Below are positions 1 through 14,331 of a stretch of DNA of 64,000 nucleotides, in pieces. The stretch is from Marsupella aquatica (taxonomy: Eukaryota; Plantae; Marchantiophyta). Position numbers and translations under genes: made by a program. The notes under the pieces are model-generated. The model was given only the letters and a program-made list of their open reading frames with translations, was not told where the DNA came from and did no database searches. Position 1 is the stretch's first letter; every line of letters starts with the position of its first letter. The stretch is taken from the NCBI GenBank assembly GCA_973895155.1, contig OZ316898.1, positions 14,662,330 through 14,726,329 on the forward strand, written 5' to 3'.

Positions 1-2363
1 ATTGTATCATAATCTTTGACATCTTCTTCACCAAGAGCCGCACGTGTTGCATCGTACTCTTCATTGCTGCACAACTCCATGGAGATAGGTCTAGGTCCAT
101 CATTTGTTCTTCTTCTTTGGTCATAACGTTCATATATAAACGTATGCAGGTTTCGAACATTTGTGAGCCCTTTCTCTACCCTCATGTTTGTAAATACAAA
201 CACCAAATCTTTTGCTCGATCATTTGTCAATCGATTGCGACTTTTGGAATGTATAAATCCATACGAACTCCAGTTTCGCTCGCAAGCTGATGCGCACACT
301 TTTTGGTGTAAGATTCTTCGCGCCAGGATTCTCAAATGTTTATAATCTGCACCATACGCATGCCACCACTCTGCTGGACTGACATTACCTATACTTGATT
401 GGGCGGCTCCCATCGCTATTGATGTGTTGGGATTTTTTTTTTTGGCGTCAATGGCTTGACTGTGGATGGCAGAAATAAGTTCTCTGACGTCGCGATCATG
501 GTTGATCCCCTCCTTCACCTGTTGTTCTGAATATCTAGCAATGTATTCATTGAAACCCTTGTAGAGTTCTGGATCTCCAGCGACATCTATGTCCTCATCA
601 AAAAACATTTGGGGATTGAGATATGCTGCCGCTAGCATGAAATCAGTGGTAAGAGATTTTTTTTGATCCAAATACACTTTTAGTATCTTTGGTTTCAATA
701 CCTCTGTTACCAATGGACAATCCTCCATGCTTGCTTTCAAAACATCAATCCCTCTTTTCAAACTCCAATACAACCAACCTGATTGCGGAGAATCACCATC
801 AAATTCTCGCAACATCTTGACCAACGGAGTAAAGAATTTAACTGTATCCTTCACTTCAACCCAAAATGTATCTTGCTGTATCCACATTTTAAGTTCGTCT
901 GTCTTTCCCCTCGTCATGTATCCAACTGATTTTGGTCGCAATGGAAGTCTATCACGAGAAGACTGCCAATTATCATCAATGACCATCTGTTGTAAAGCTC
1001 CTCTTAGCTCCAACGCTCTTTGTGCCATTAGGAAATTGGTCGCAAATCTAGTTGCATTTGGATTCAACAGTTTTTTGTCAGGAGATTTTCTTGCAAATAT
1101 TGCAGAAAGCTTTTGCGATGATGAAACTACTTTTACTATCCACCTCAACCGTTTAAAAATCTTTTGGAATGGATTCTGTCCAGCATCATCTAGCACTACA
1201 CGCTTGTGACCACACATATCCTCTAGCAGCAAATTAAACACGTGGGCAACACACTAGCTCCAAGTGACATGAGGATACTTTTTCATGACTACCTCACAAC
1301 CTGCTACACGATTTGCGGGTGCTCCATCAGTTACGATTTGAATAATATGATCTGCACCAATATCCTCAATGTATTTCAACCACATGTCGCCAAGATATTT
1401 CCCATCTTTCTTGTCAGCTTGCGCAGCATTCCAACTATCCAAGAAGAAGTCACCTTTAGAAGTCAACAACATGACATTCATCAAAGGTTCTCTTCGGACA
1501 TTTTCCCATCCATCTGAAGAAAGAGAATACCCATAAGGTTTTGCCTCCTTTAAAGTTTGCGTCATGTCCTTTGTGAGATCCTCCTTACTGTCTTCCAATA
1601 ATTTCAATCGCAAACTTCGCATCGTAGGTAGAGAATAACCATTGACAATCCCTTTTGAAGTCTCTATGATTGCTTCTCGAAAAAAAGGATTATTTGAAAC
1701 ATTGAATGGAATACCACTGGTGTAGAAAGCTTTCGCCCAAAGCTTATCCAAATTTGTTCTATTTGGAATTTGATAGGCATCCATAATTGGGTTAGGAAGA
1801 TTTACTGGCCTATCTCCTTCCCTTACATGTGTATCATCCATGTCAACATAGTTTGACCCTCGTGTGGATGCTTGCGAATATGAACTTCCAACGCTTGGCC
1901 TACGACCTCTCACATCCCGCAAGATATGACTTCCATCCCGTCGTTTGTACTTTAAGGTCGGTGGAACCTTTATCACATTGTACATAATGTTGATGGCATC
2001 CAAATCGACGACACCATAGAGTTGCATGCAAGGGGGCGCATCCCCTTTTTGGATGTTTCCCATCAAATGCGCCTTTGCTCGTGTTGCATGATGAGTAACG
2101 TATGTTAAACAATACTTGCATCTTCGATAGATACGATTGACATCATGACATGTTGAAGGCGCATCACATCGTTCAAAATATCTCCACACTGGAGATTGTT
2201 TTGAAGGGTGTTTTTGCACACGAGTTGGACCAGGCCTGGGAGTAGTGGAATGATATCCAGTTTCATGCGAATCCTCTTCATCGGAAATTGTTACGACTCT
2301 CAATGGTAAAAAAATAAAAGGGTTGATTCTTTTGATTTTGTGAATATAACAAATATAGTACAA
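1..2363 (-). pseudogene. hAT transposase, disrupted near 1254
   Basis: BED finger (SPVWRYF...CKYC...H...AHL) and DUF659 motifs (SLSSDGW, IIQIVTDGA). Stop plus frameshift at the CxxH motif; AHVFNLLLED resumes in another frame. Dimerization motif CASACERNWSSYGFIHSKSRNRL at ~230-305. Confidence 0.85.
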
Positions 2364-2949
2364 TGGGTTACTTTCCTGAATTATCGCAGACTGGGCCTAA
2401 GCTCAAAGCATGCGCAGGAAAGTTTCCCAAATTCTTATATTTGTCAACATCCCTACTTCAACCTATGTTATGTAATATCTATAACTTCACAATAGTTTAT
2501 CTTTGAAGTGAACATATGTACGAGAAATCGTGATACCCATATGAAATGTCATAGACCGAGCCAAAGCTCTAAGCATATGCACATGGGTATCTCTTTACTC
2601 GCAAGTAGTTCACTTTCAAACAAAACAATGATGCAAAGTTGTTAAGGCGATATAAGGAACTTCTCGTACGAATTATCGCAGACCGAGCCGAGCTCAAAGC
2701 ATGCGCGTACAAGAGTTCCAATGTATCCCTCCGATCTCTCCCTAATGCTAAACCACAAGAGAGAGAAACACAATGAGACTTTGGATTAGTGAAATGAATT
2801 AGTTATTCCTACTTATACTAAATCATGTACTTCTTATCCTCTCTTAAAACTCTTAATCTTCGATCCTAACCCTAATCGCGCCTCCCTTAACCCTAATCTC
2901 GCTCCCCTAACCCTAATCCCACCCCTAACTCTTCCCCGACCGCCAATTC

Positions 2950-3490
2950 CCGAGCCCCGTCCCCGAACCCCGCACCCCGTTCCCCGAACCCCGTTCCCCG
3001 AACCCCGTTCCCCGAACCCCGTTCCCCGAACCCCGTTCCCCGCATCCCCGAACCCCCTACCCGAACCCCCTTCCCCGAACCCCCTACCTCGTTCCCCGAA
3101 CCCCGTTCCCCGAACCCCGTTCCCCGAATCCCCGAATCCCCGAATCCCGGCCCCCCTTTCCCGCCCCCCCTTCCCCGGTTCCCCGAATCCTCTTCCCTGA
3201 ATGCCCCCCGTCCCCGGTTCCCCGAATCCCGTCCCCCGGGCCCCCTTTACCCCGGCCGGCCCCGGAAGGTTCCGGGCAGGGTTCGGGTGGGGGTCCGGGG
3301 AGGGTCCGGGAAAGGCCCGAGAGTCCGGGGAGTGTTCGGGGGAGGGTCCGGCGAGGTTCCGGGAAAGGCCGGGGAGGGTTCGGGGAGGGCCCGGGAAGGG
3401 CCCGGGAGTCCGGGTTCGGGTCAGGGGGAGTTCGGGTTCAGGTCTGGGGTGCTCGGGAGGAGTTCGCGAAAGGTCCAGGGAAGTCGGCGT
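2950..3490. repeat. GC-rich subterminal repeat array (GAACCCCGTTCCCC-like units) with strand polarity flip near 3250
   Basis: Tandem ~14-mer C-rich units followed by G-rich complementary-type units. Confidence 0.85.
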
Positions 3491-6400
3491 TCGTTCGGGA
3501 GAATCTTCAGGAATATCCGTCAAATTGCGTGTTTTCGGGCCGTCATTTGACGATTTGACGTGCCCGACAAGGCGTCAAGGTGCCCGTCAGATTAAACCGG
3601 GCCACTTCTACTTTGCTTTCTCGAAGGAGGACAGTCCTCCATATTTTGCTTGATGGCCTCCTCTGGAATCCGAATCCAACTCAATTTAAAGAGTAGTAAG
3701 CCATGACAAAAACATGGTTCCACACATTTCACCATTTTCATTATTTTTTCCTGAAATTGAGGAGCAAAACCTCACGGGAGAGGAATGGAAAAAGCAAGAA
3801 GTGGTAGTTTAAAGCACACCTGCCACTATAAAAGCCTACTATAATAGCCTCATTCCATGTATCAGTGCTCACCTTAAAAGTTGGAACACTAAGCACCTTT
3901 AGTGAAGCACTTTGTTAATATAGATTTTTGCACTCGTCACCTTTTGTGGAGCTCAAAGCACATTCCTGAAACTGTGCACTTTACAATGAGAGCTACAAGA
4001 ACCCTAGCTATTTACAGGGACAGTTGTGGAAGTTAAGCCCGGCTGGACCTCCATCTTGCTTTAAATGAAAGTTAAGCCCAGCTGGTTAGAGGGCTTTGTT
4101 TTGCCTATTCACATGGACTCTGACACACTCTACTTCACTTTACATCCAAAATCCACATTGTCGGGCTATCTTTAGAAGGACTTTCCACTTGGATGCCCCA
4201 AGTAGTTTCACTTTTGAGAAAGATGCCCCAAGTAATTTTTCCAGGTGTCTCGACCAAGTGTAAAATGCTACATTTTGGCAAACTTGTGCATTTATTTGGA
4301 TAATTTTTGGATCTATTTCAGCTCAAAATTTTCCAGCATGTTCTTTGAATTCCAATCTATTACTTGACAAAAAAATAAATAAATTTGAAACCATTTGCTC
4401 TGTTACCAAAGTAGGAAGACGGTCAAATCTTATAAACTAACCACCAACAGACTTTTCGCTTTTGTGAAGAACGCCCTCAGTACTTTGGCACAAGTACCAA
4501 CTACCACTTTGAGAAAGGACATTTGACTTTTGTGAAGAGGGCCCCGAGTAGTTTGCATGAGCCGCAACTTACGACCGTACAAACAGTCAGGAGCCTGTTT
4601 ACAGGTCACATATGAGACAAAATTTTAAATAGTGCTATCTGAGCAGATTCTGATGTTCTAAGTCAGTCCATCCCAGCAAACCCCTCAGTCCATCCAGACT
4701 TTATTTTTTACCTTAAATAGCCCTATGCCATAAACAATTTATCTCTATTGCAGTTTTTTTCATTTTTAGAGACTGATCAAAATGATTAGAATATTACTAA
4801 AACATGTACAGTCTTCCCCTAATAGAACCCCATGGCGCTGTATTTGAACAGTGGCCGTGGAATGTTGCATTTGTGTTTAAATATTGGGGTTGCAATATGA
4901 TTCATGAATTTCTCACAGTTTATGCTCAATCTATAAAAGTTCAAGTTTATAACTCGAACGCAGGATCCAACTCGAGTACAACTCCCAAGCTCTGAGGCTC
5001 TGTTAAATAGACATTGTATTAGAGTTAAAATGTTTCTTTTGTCACGGGACCCACAAATTTTCATTTTCGCCATGGCCCCGTGTACTGGGAAGTCTCTAGT
5101 ATAAAAAGTTGTTTTCCAAGTTTCATAAACATTACCTAGAATTTTGCCCAAAGGTTGCAATTTTCGACGATGATTTATTTATTGAGCACTGGCTTGGCCT
5201 TCAATGCCAAGCTCAGCAACAGTCCCCGTTATTTCCCCAGATGATTCCTGAAAGCAATCGTGACATGTACCTCCGAAAGGAAATCTCACCGGTTTCCTGG
5301 CCTCTCCACATAGTGAAGCGTATACAGCACTGGGGATGATATAAGATTTCGGACCTGGAGACTAGCCTTGGACAGATTTCTTGTGTTCAAGGTTCTGGCA
5401 TTCTGAAAATAATCAGATTTTATGTGGTAAGTAGTCCAGACACTGACCATCCTTCTCTTGGTTTGGTGAGCAGGAGGACATTAATTGAGAGAACAGCCTC
5501 TACTCGTCACCAGCGTGGCTGTAATTGTAAGGGAAGTCTTTCTGCCTGAAGAAGTCCTGTAAGTGCTACTTATTTGTACATAATTGCAGAAAGGCTTTGT
5601 GCCTTAGGAAGTAGTAGTGAATGCTACCTATTTGTACCACCACGCTATCCAGAGTGATGGGATGGCCTTGGTGACATTTGCAAGAGGAATAAATTTTGCA
5701 GGAGGCTGTTGAACAGCTTGTTGAACTCAAGCGAAATGAATCCTCGTAATGTGTACTGGAGGTACAAACCTGACAGAATTGAAATGATTATTGAACTGTC
5801 TTCGGTAAATAAAAAAGGAAGCGCGCATATGGAGATGTTAACAAAAAAAGCCTAGTAAAAGCGTACCATTGCTGATCGACAAATGCTAGGACAAGAATTG
5901 AAACCAAGTTGACTCTAACACTGGAATGAATATCGGTGTCTGTTTTTTGTATTGAAAGCGTCAATTCCTAGTATGGTACACTCAAAATGAGAGTCATCTG
6001 ACGCATAAGGTCCTTTGCCCCCACACCAATGGATCGAAAAACGATCTTAGTGTTACACGGATCTGCTCTTTATGATAACAAATCAACTGGCAACTGGACC
6101 CGATCTTGTATTATATAAGCGATTGCATTTGACAGCTTATCTTGTAATATGCAGAGTTTCAAACTTAAGGGCTCGAATTATAAACTCCACAAAAGGTGGT
6201 CAGTGCTTCACCTTTTATTGGCAAGTACTCCAACTTCTGTGGTGAGACACTATTTCACCACATGACAGGAATCACCACATGACAGGAATGAGGAGTAGTG
6301 AGGGTAGAAACGAGGGTTTTTATATGGGGAGGTGTGGTTTAAGGGAATTGCCCGAATGAGGATTAGTGAGGGAGAGAATGAGGCTTTAATATGGGCAGCT

Positions 6401-6845
6401 GTGGATTATGGGAATTGCCCATGCGATGATTACCCACAGAAGGCCCCATTGACTTCCAAGAGATTCACCAAGAGCATTTGATTCTAGGCTCACTTATCAA
6501 CCAGTGTGGCTCACCAGTGAAAGCTCAACAGTGTCGGTCATCCAATGGGAAGCTCCTCTTGCACCCTTCCATTTCTCACCCGTTCAGTAAGGACAATAAC
6601 GAGTTCAAAAAATTGCTCCACAAAGCTTAAATAGATAGTGTGCAAATCGGGAAGATGTGGTTGACTTTACTTATGGGCCAAGTAGAGTAAATTCCCTAAT
6701 CATCAACATCCAGGGGTTAACAGAATTGCCCCCGAGGGTTTTTAACGATCGCATGAACAAAAAAAAATTTTGCTACACAAGACATATTATAGATAGATAA
6801 AAAATTATATTGACACTATGATTTATCAGGGTGAGGTTCCAACAC

Positions 6846-9698
6846 TTAGGTTGTCCCTGCTGATTCAATGATCTTTAGTATATCAGGAATGATGCTCCAC
6901 GGGAAGCCTCTCCGCTGTAACCATCCTATCATCCGCCTCCTCTTAACCTCAACCTTCACATCTCCTTGACACCATCTCCTACGGGCCTGGGCAATTAGGT
7001 GCTCTGCTGCCTCTGTTGTCATGCCCCACTTTCCCAGATCTTCCTCTTCGTGGCTTTCAATCGCATCACTCGTCTGAAAGAGTTTCACAAGAGCAGCTTC
7101 AACCATCTCTTTCCGTATCCCTCTCCTCAGAAGCTCCTACAGAAATGATCACATATTTGTTAGAAAATACCCTGTTCGGAGCCATCTTTAGCCATCGCTT
7201 GAAGATAGAATATCAATAAAGTCATGAAGAAGGTTGTATGTTTTGCAAGAACACTGACCACTCCTGAATCATGACCAGATGCACTGCTCGCTCTAAACTT
7301 TCTTTGAGTTTTAGTAAGGCTTCTGTGAAGCATCCTGCACAATCCTATGGAGACAGGCTACGCAACTTGCAATGACATCCATAGCCTATGGATGACAAGA
7401 CAGAGGACAGGATGACTGCTTTGATAACATTGGATTAAAAATGTTGATTGTCTACAGTGCCTTCGGCAAGTTGGGCTCTACCAACAGAGAACTGCTACTG
7501 CGTCTTAGAACATCTCGACCTGCATTATGGCCATCAGAACCAATATAAAAGCAGGTAGATGTTTATGCGATCAGGTTCAAAAGAGATATTATTTTGGCAG
7601 TCATGACCAGTGACGAGATCCCCACATCTGGACGTGAATTTCCAACAGAGATGCCGTCAAGACATTCTACAGGGAATTCAACGACGTTATGTCACACCAC
7701 ATATGTTATAGCCTTTCCAAAATCCGAATGAAATGGATTGTAGGACGCATCAGATCAGAGGAAAGGTAGTTATCAGACGGCAGAACAAATACTTACATAC
7801 TTGATGCGCTTAGGACCCCAGGTATTGTCAGTCCACCTTGAGCGGGCAAAAACTTTTGCATAATCTTCATCACTCTGTAGACCCCTGATAGACAAGAATG
7901 AATGTCATGATCAAACTCGTCAAGTGCATCAGCTTAGTGCATGTCAGATAAATCCAGGATCTTACCACCTAAATTTCCAGCCCATGATCATCCTTACCTG
8001 TCGTAACCAAAGACTACCACTTCAGTTACTTTGAGAAGATCAAAACTGCAGTAACTTGACACGACTAAAATTGCGCAATACCAGGAGTCAACAACTACCG
8101 AACAGTTCCTGTTCAAGGTATCCTACCCTAGGGATATTCTCTGTTTCTTGAAATTTGAATCAACAATTGCTTAGAATTTTAATTAATAATTGCCAACTCC
8201 CCAAAAATCACCACTGGCAGCTTAGTGCTGCACAGGCAGAAACATTCCAATTAGTCCAAAGAGACATTACCATCTTTGAAGGTCACTGACGGTTTCATCA
8301 ATAACTTCTGGTGGAACATTCTTTCTGACCATTTTGTTCCGTAAATTTGACTCTGTTTGGGGCCTGCATTCACATAATGCAAAAAAATGACATTCTGATT
8401 GAACACCGCGTAACAGTTTTACCATTAACGAAAGCACTGCGTTTAATGCAAACATTATGAGGTGGAAAATGAATGAAAATGCAGGGACAGCACCTAACAT
8501 TATTCGACAACCCCAAACGCACAGGTTTCCGACCTTTCAAAACTGATCCTCACGATATGAACCGTTTCCGGTGTATACTAGGAGATCTGTACACACGGAT
8601 GTTCATGAGGAAAGAGGAATGAACTTCCTTGAGACAAACTAGTCGTACCAGTTGCAGTCGGCTGGAAGACTTCTATAATCAATAAGGACAGAAGTACTCG
8701 TAATGAAGAGAACATGAAAAGGTGTGGGAACATACCCTCTTGCCAATAAGCCCATCGCATAATTTCTTGCCAAAGTCCGGGGATCCTTATCACGGATTTG
8801 TCCTATTTGTTCACCTACTTGCACATTTTCAGTACGGGACTTGAAAGTATCGCCAAATAGCGATTCTCCAGGATCAAGTCCAAGGCTGGTCGTATACTGC
8901 TCACCATCCAGTTCATCTTTCCCGGTAATATATGGTTTTATTATCGATTTTCCAACGACTCCAGGAAAAACTGTACTAAGTTTTGAACTACTTGAGCTCT
9001 TACTACCAGTCTTCCTCGATGTGTTAGAATTCCCTCTCCTCTTGGAGGTATTTGACTCCCCGTCGTGTCCCTCATCCGATGAATCGGACTGAATTGACCC
9101 CGAACCTTTCTTTCTCGTCTCAAGAGCTCCTTCTCTGCTGCCATCTGGCCCATTGTTGGTCAACTCCTTCTGAACATAGCGGACCGGACCAGATGGCTCC
9201 AATGGTAGGTCAGAACTGGTAGATGCAAACACCGTTCCAACTGCCTGCACCACAACTTCATTTCCTGCGTAACTCAGTGCTTCATTTCCTGTGTAACTCA
9301 GTGAAGAAAGTCATTTCCACAAATTATGACAAAAGTAATCCGGTAGTTCTAAGCAACCACATAGATGAACGCATTTCTGTCAGTCTTCGAAACCAACGAA
9401 AGCGGCAGGAAGAACATACTGGACTGGGCCAACGAACACCAGAGCAGGGGATAAGAACTAATGTTAGCTAAGTGGCTACGGATTCAATTTCATCTCCCCT
9501 GCAAAAATTTCGCATGCTATTCCAGATTGGCTCAGCGAACAGCACAAAATAATGCAGAACCTTTCTTAATGAACAGAGCTTTGGACCTGGGCTGTGGAGG
9601 AGGCCATCGAATGGGGACTTACCAGGAGTAAGTTTGCAGAAAAGCATAGGAGATTGGTGACGGTAGCAGAGAAAAGCCACCGGAGTCAGAAAAGCCAT
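6846..9698 (-). CDS. RECX: Organellar RecA regulator RecX, 5 exons, ~358-366 aa
   Basis: Phase-consistent GT-AG exons: 9698-9623 (tentative, transit-peptide-like), 9288 or 9264-8736, 8363-8271, 7884-7797, 7136-6846. Spliced product reads YAMGLLARGPQTESNLRNKM...DLQRWGLQSDEDYAKVFARSRW...WGPKRIKYELLRRGI...RRRMIGWLQRRGFPWSII, matching the three RecX helical repeats of plant RECX. Confidence 0.88.
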
Positions 9699-11436
9699 AA
9701 AACTCGGACCTTTAGAGGCCTACCGGGTACAAGCGGGGTTTTCCATGAGTAAGCACCCAATTCTATAAGAACTGCGAACACCTCCAGTAAGCACTTATGT
9801 GTCCCCAGATCTAAATGAGGTAATTGACTGGTATCCTTGTATTTTCGTTTTACTCGTCAGTTGCTGTATTTTGGACTCACTGAGAGATTTTGACGAATTC
9901 TGACATCTATATTGGTTAAATCGTCAGCTTCCAAAATCCGAGTTTTCTCAACATCGTACTTATATTCACTAGACAGTTCTGCGTGTTCCCCCACGTTACT
10001 TGACTCAGTTGCAATAACTTCTCTTCATTTATTTTGCAGACACCTGAAAGATGCAGCCGCGGAAACCTCATGAGGAGAGGCTTCTGCACACCAAAACCAA
10101 ACTCTGGGGTCGGAGCACTGGAAACATTTCCTGCAAGTGAGCCAACCATCTTTTAACTCCAGCAAAGGACCAAAGAAGACTACATGAAATCATCACTCGG
10201 ATTGGATACAGAAAGCGGTTCTATACGCAAATAATCCGTGAATACATATCATGGACTGCACAACACAAGGCCCCCGCCCTATGTCCCCCAGGAAAAACGA
10301 CTGCTGTAAATCTTTCTCAAAGCACCAAATCGACGAACAGCTATTGGGTGTCCGTAATGCAAACACAGAGACTAATTCTGGAATCAATTTGAGCGTTGTG
10401 TATAAAGCTTTAAACCCTACTTGCAAAGCAATCGCTCCTTTCTTCTGGGAATTTTGTCTGGGCTCCCTCGACAGATGTTATCGTGTTCTAGGGAACGTAT
10501 TTTTTGCAGGAATTGCTCTGGCGACTTGCGTTTCAACGATGAGCAGGTTAGATTTCATTTCGTAGCATGCAATTGCTTATCGTCTAGCCTCATTGAGAGA
10601 TCGTGCATACTCCAGAAGTCAAAGAGCTCATCCTTCTCTCACTGATCGAATCAATACCAAAAGTCGGAAATTTCCTGCCCACGAATTTTCTCCTACCTCT
10701 GTTCATTCGGAGTTGAACTCTACATTTCGCTCATTTCAGAAGGAATCCAAAAGCAGCGTAGCTTCAGCGGTGGCTCTATCCCCTGCTCCTGGCACCCAAT
10801 ACTCAAACGCATTGGCTCACGGAGGAAGATTTGCGGAACTTTATTACACCAGGCAATCAGAGAAGATTGAGTCAATCAAAGTGCCTGCCTCCACAAACAG
10901 ACTGAGAATAAGTATCGGAGTCCCCTGGAGTAAACTTAATGGCCTGTGAGGCCTCTTTTTCATTCCCCACAGCTTTAAAAAAATTTAAGCACAAGCCTTA
11001 CCCGTTTGTTGAAGCAAATAGACAAAACAGCTTTTTAGTAACCTGACCCCTAACTCTCCGAATTCACTATCCAGTCCCTAAAACGAATTTATTTGTTACC
11101 TGTCCCCCTTTCCTTATGTGAGATACCAGTACCCCCTATACATCGTTACAGCTGTCACATGGCAAGGCGCGAGTGGCCTAAACCTTACCGGGCAGGCTCC
11201 CTGGTCACCCACTCCCCATTCCCAGATCATTGCATATCAGGCTGGCCCAGGACCAGGAACAATGCCTTTTTTCTGCCAGGAGGTCCTCATGAAAGCCCGA
11301 TACTGCCTGCCCTCATTTTTCTTGGGAAAATGCTTCACGAATGTGCACAGCTTTCTCTCAATCGTTCGGTGTCAGCTTACCAATAGCAACAAGAATTACT
11401 GGCGAAGTTGGAGAACCGGGGACAGTTTTAGCTGGG

Positions 11437-11688
11437 ATGGGCCCTGGAATGCCAGTGGAATATGTCAATGGCCCAACATCATTGTGGAAAGCAAGGCAAA
11501 AGCTGAAATTCTATGTTGTAGTTCGTGGATTTCAGCCTGAGATTTATGAGACTTGGAATGAATGTAATCAGCAAGTATGGAGATTTAGTGATTGCAAATT
11601 TAAATCATTCAAGACTAGGGCGGAGGCAGTACAGTACATGCAAAATGGGTTGAGTGTTCAACGTACTTGGGGAATGCCCCAAAAGTAG
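11437..11688 (+). CDS. Small protein (~83 aa) consisting mainly of an RNase H1 N-terminal hybrid-binding (Cauli_VI-like) domain; MULE accessory ORF
   Basis: KFYVVVRGFQPEIYETWNECNQQVWRFSDCKFKSFKTRAEAVQYM follows the FYAVxxGRxxGVFxTWxECxxQVxxFxxxxFKxFxTxxEA pattern. Start codon uncertain. Confidence 0.75.
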   Translation: MGPGMPVEYVNGPTSLWKARQKLKFYVVVRGFQPEIYETWNECNQQVWRFSDCKFKSFKTRAEAVQYMQNGLSVQRTWGMPQK

Positions 11689-11962
11689 AATGTAAAATTG
11701 TTCAGGTTCCCCAATTTCATCGGGACAAAATAAGGCTTTCAAGCAAATTCAGCTTGCATGCAATATATAATCCAATTGTTCTGTTTCATTCCATCAAATT
11801 GAATGACATTCAACATTCATATAATCTGCTGTTATCATTTGCAGCAATGGGTTATTGATATACATCGACCAAATTTATTGCAAAAACTCTGTTCCAAAAA
11901 AACCTCTACAAAAGCCTATGTACTAGCTATTGTGCCCTTGCAAAGCCACAACTTTCAATGAT

Positions 11963-13929
11963 TCATCCCTGCGATTGGACAGTCCCCAATAACTGAGAGA
12001 AGCTCTCATAATTATCCAAGTTTGCACTCTCAACATTCTTATTTACATTCAGTCTAAGAGCTTCTTTAGCAGCCTCCTGTTCGGGGCAACTCCTCTTGTC
12101 ATGGCCTCGCTCACCACAGATGCTACACTTCCTGGGCAGCCTACATACTTTTTCACCTGGAAATTGCATCTGAAGTCGCTCAGTTGGGTGTCCTTTCCTA
12201 CGCTTCTTCAATGGTGGCCCACAATTGGGGTCTGGCTCCAGGTCACTCCTCAATAAAGCAGGGAGATGACTTTCATATGTCGCCTGAAATGTTTGAGTTG
12301 AATACAATGGGGAAACATAATCAGCATGCCTTTTACACAATCTGGTCAAGGCCTGCCAGGCATGTACACAAGGCAATAGAGTGTCCTGGAAGTCACCACA
12401 AGTACAAAACCACTCAGGCTCAAATTTCACAAGGTACTGATTATTTCTCTCATCAGTGATTCGAACCTCAATTGCACTGGATGGGTGGGCAGTAAGGTGA
12501 GTGGCCTTCTCTTCAATGTCCCTCAAGTACGCCATAATGTTGGGTGGGAATGGAGTTCTTAGCCCTATAGCCAATTCTCGCTTCTCAAAATATTTGATCA
12601 TGATGTAAATCCTAAATTTGACAAGACATATTGAATGTAACTTCCTGCCTCTAGGGTCTGAAAGCACAATTACTCCTTTTTTCTTGCTGTGAAGTCTCAT
12701 GGCCCCACTTGCCACAAACCAATTTGACCTGGCTCATAGTCTGAAATGAAAGATACAGATAACAGCAGTAAGTATACAATTTGAATAACAAAACACAACA
12801 AAACAATTTTAATAACGGAAACACTTGCCTTCGACTAGAGAAAAAAGCTTTGGAAGAAAATTTAGGGTCGGCTGTCTTCCGAATGTACTCAGTAGCAGGC
12901 TGTTTTTTAGCTTCAATTTTCTCCAATATCAGATTGTACTTTGTCGGAGTCACAGGGTAAGGCAAGGCCTCAAACAATTTCCTCACTTCTTTGCCGTAGT
13001 GTTTATGCACCATTTCTAGCAAGGTGCCATGTACTATATGAAGGATGTCCATGGGGAAAATTTGAGGCACCCCATCAGTCAACCCTTTTCCCATGTCTGA
13101 AATAAACATAGTGTCTGCCTTGCTCAAGTTAGGAATGGCATCTCTTATCAAATTGAGGAAAAACATCCAGCTCTCTTCATTCTTTGACGGCACCCAACAA
13201 TAGGCAAGTATAATGACAGTGTCCTTGGCATCGAGTGTGGTAGCCAAAAGTTCCAGGATACCTACATCGTGTGTGGGTACCATCTAAGGCCACCATAGGC
13301 CTGCACTGACGATATGCTTCCTTGGAAACAGAATGGCAAACAAACAACATATCCAAGCGACCGCCCAAGAGCCCTGTACTTATCAAATGTCCCAGGGTCA
13401 TGCTCAAGGTTGTGGTGGCAATGGGCAGGGATTAGCTTAAAGGATTATGTCTGGTCTCCATCTAAGCGTTTCAAAGCACCTCTGCTTTGCAGCATAGGCA
13501 GTGTGATATTTTATATCTGGATGGACTAAAGCTTGGGCTGAATCTCTCAAGAATGATGGTCTGGTCTGGCAATTCTTACTAATAATGTCCAATATGCGAT
13601 CAACAAGCCTGTCTGAATTGGAGTGCATCCTACAATGGTAGTGACCTACAGCTTCACAAGAGTGTTCCATCCATGCGAGTGTTATGGTTATAGTTTTGGT
13701 TCTTGACTTCTTTGTTGCCCTAAGCCGCCAGGGGCACTGTCTTTCAATGTCGTCATTACTCATTTGACGTCTTACCTTCCACTTTGTGTGGTCTTTCTTA
13801 TGAGTGGTAAGGACTCTCTCAGATTTCACTCCCTCATCCACAATGGCTTGCTTCAAGTCTTGCCAGCTCTCAAATGTGTTCCCCACTTTCAACTGGATAG
13901 CTTGCTGTGGACGGAATTGTGGATCCATG
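11963..13929 (-). pseudogene. MuDRA-like transposase, frameshifted
   Basis: MuDR N-terminal domain (LKVGNTFESWQDLKQAI, CPWRLRA), DDE region (VALDGTH, ESWMFFL, FISDMGKGL), SWIM finger (CTCGDFQDTLLPCVHA) and zinc knuckle (CSICGERGHDKRSC), spread over several frames. Confidence 0.9.
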
Positions 13930-14331
13930 ATAGTACCTAAAATGCAAGAATTCCCAAACAATTCCCAGTTGCTATCATCCACAATAGCTAAAATAGAAAT
14001 CACAATACATTCACTAGTCAAATTCAGATTAGAATGCACCATCGACTTGCACCTCATCACAGTAGCACAACACAACTAGAAAAGAATAGTACAACAATTT
14101 CTACTTGCACAAGTCTTAAGCCTGCCGTCTCATAGTGACAATGTGAGACCAAGAAATCAGATTGCGTGCACAGGCAACAGTTTAAAAGTTTATTTTGATA
14201 AGGAATGAATTTCTCCTAGTACCTGAAGTGCTATTGTTTGTGCTGCACTGAGCTATGGCTGTTGTGTTGCCCTTGGCAATCTCTCTATTGTTGTTGCGAC
14301 GTCCTTGGCCAGCATGAACGTTGCCCTAAGC

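Larger units (their letters stand above)
1..3602 (-). mobile_element. hAT-superfamily DNA transposon (BED + DUF659 type); 3' end lies outside the window
   Basis: Transposase on the minus strand. Dense subterminal repeats at 2950-3490. Putative 5' terminus near 3600 (minus strand CCCGGTTTAATC...); the partner TIR is not visible. Confidence 0.75.

Noticed and set aside
727-1517. Plus-strand ORFs
   Set aside because: Antisense shadows of the hAT transposase.
2834-3653. Long Gly/Pro/Arg-rich ORFs on both strands
   Set aside because: Artefacts of GC-rich subterminal repeats.
4800-5800. Short ORFs and splice-like signals downstream of RECX
   Set aside because: No coherent gene model or domain.
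9900-10960. Several medium ORFs upstream of RECX
   Set aside because: Multiple stops in the frames read and no recognisable motif; left unassigned.
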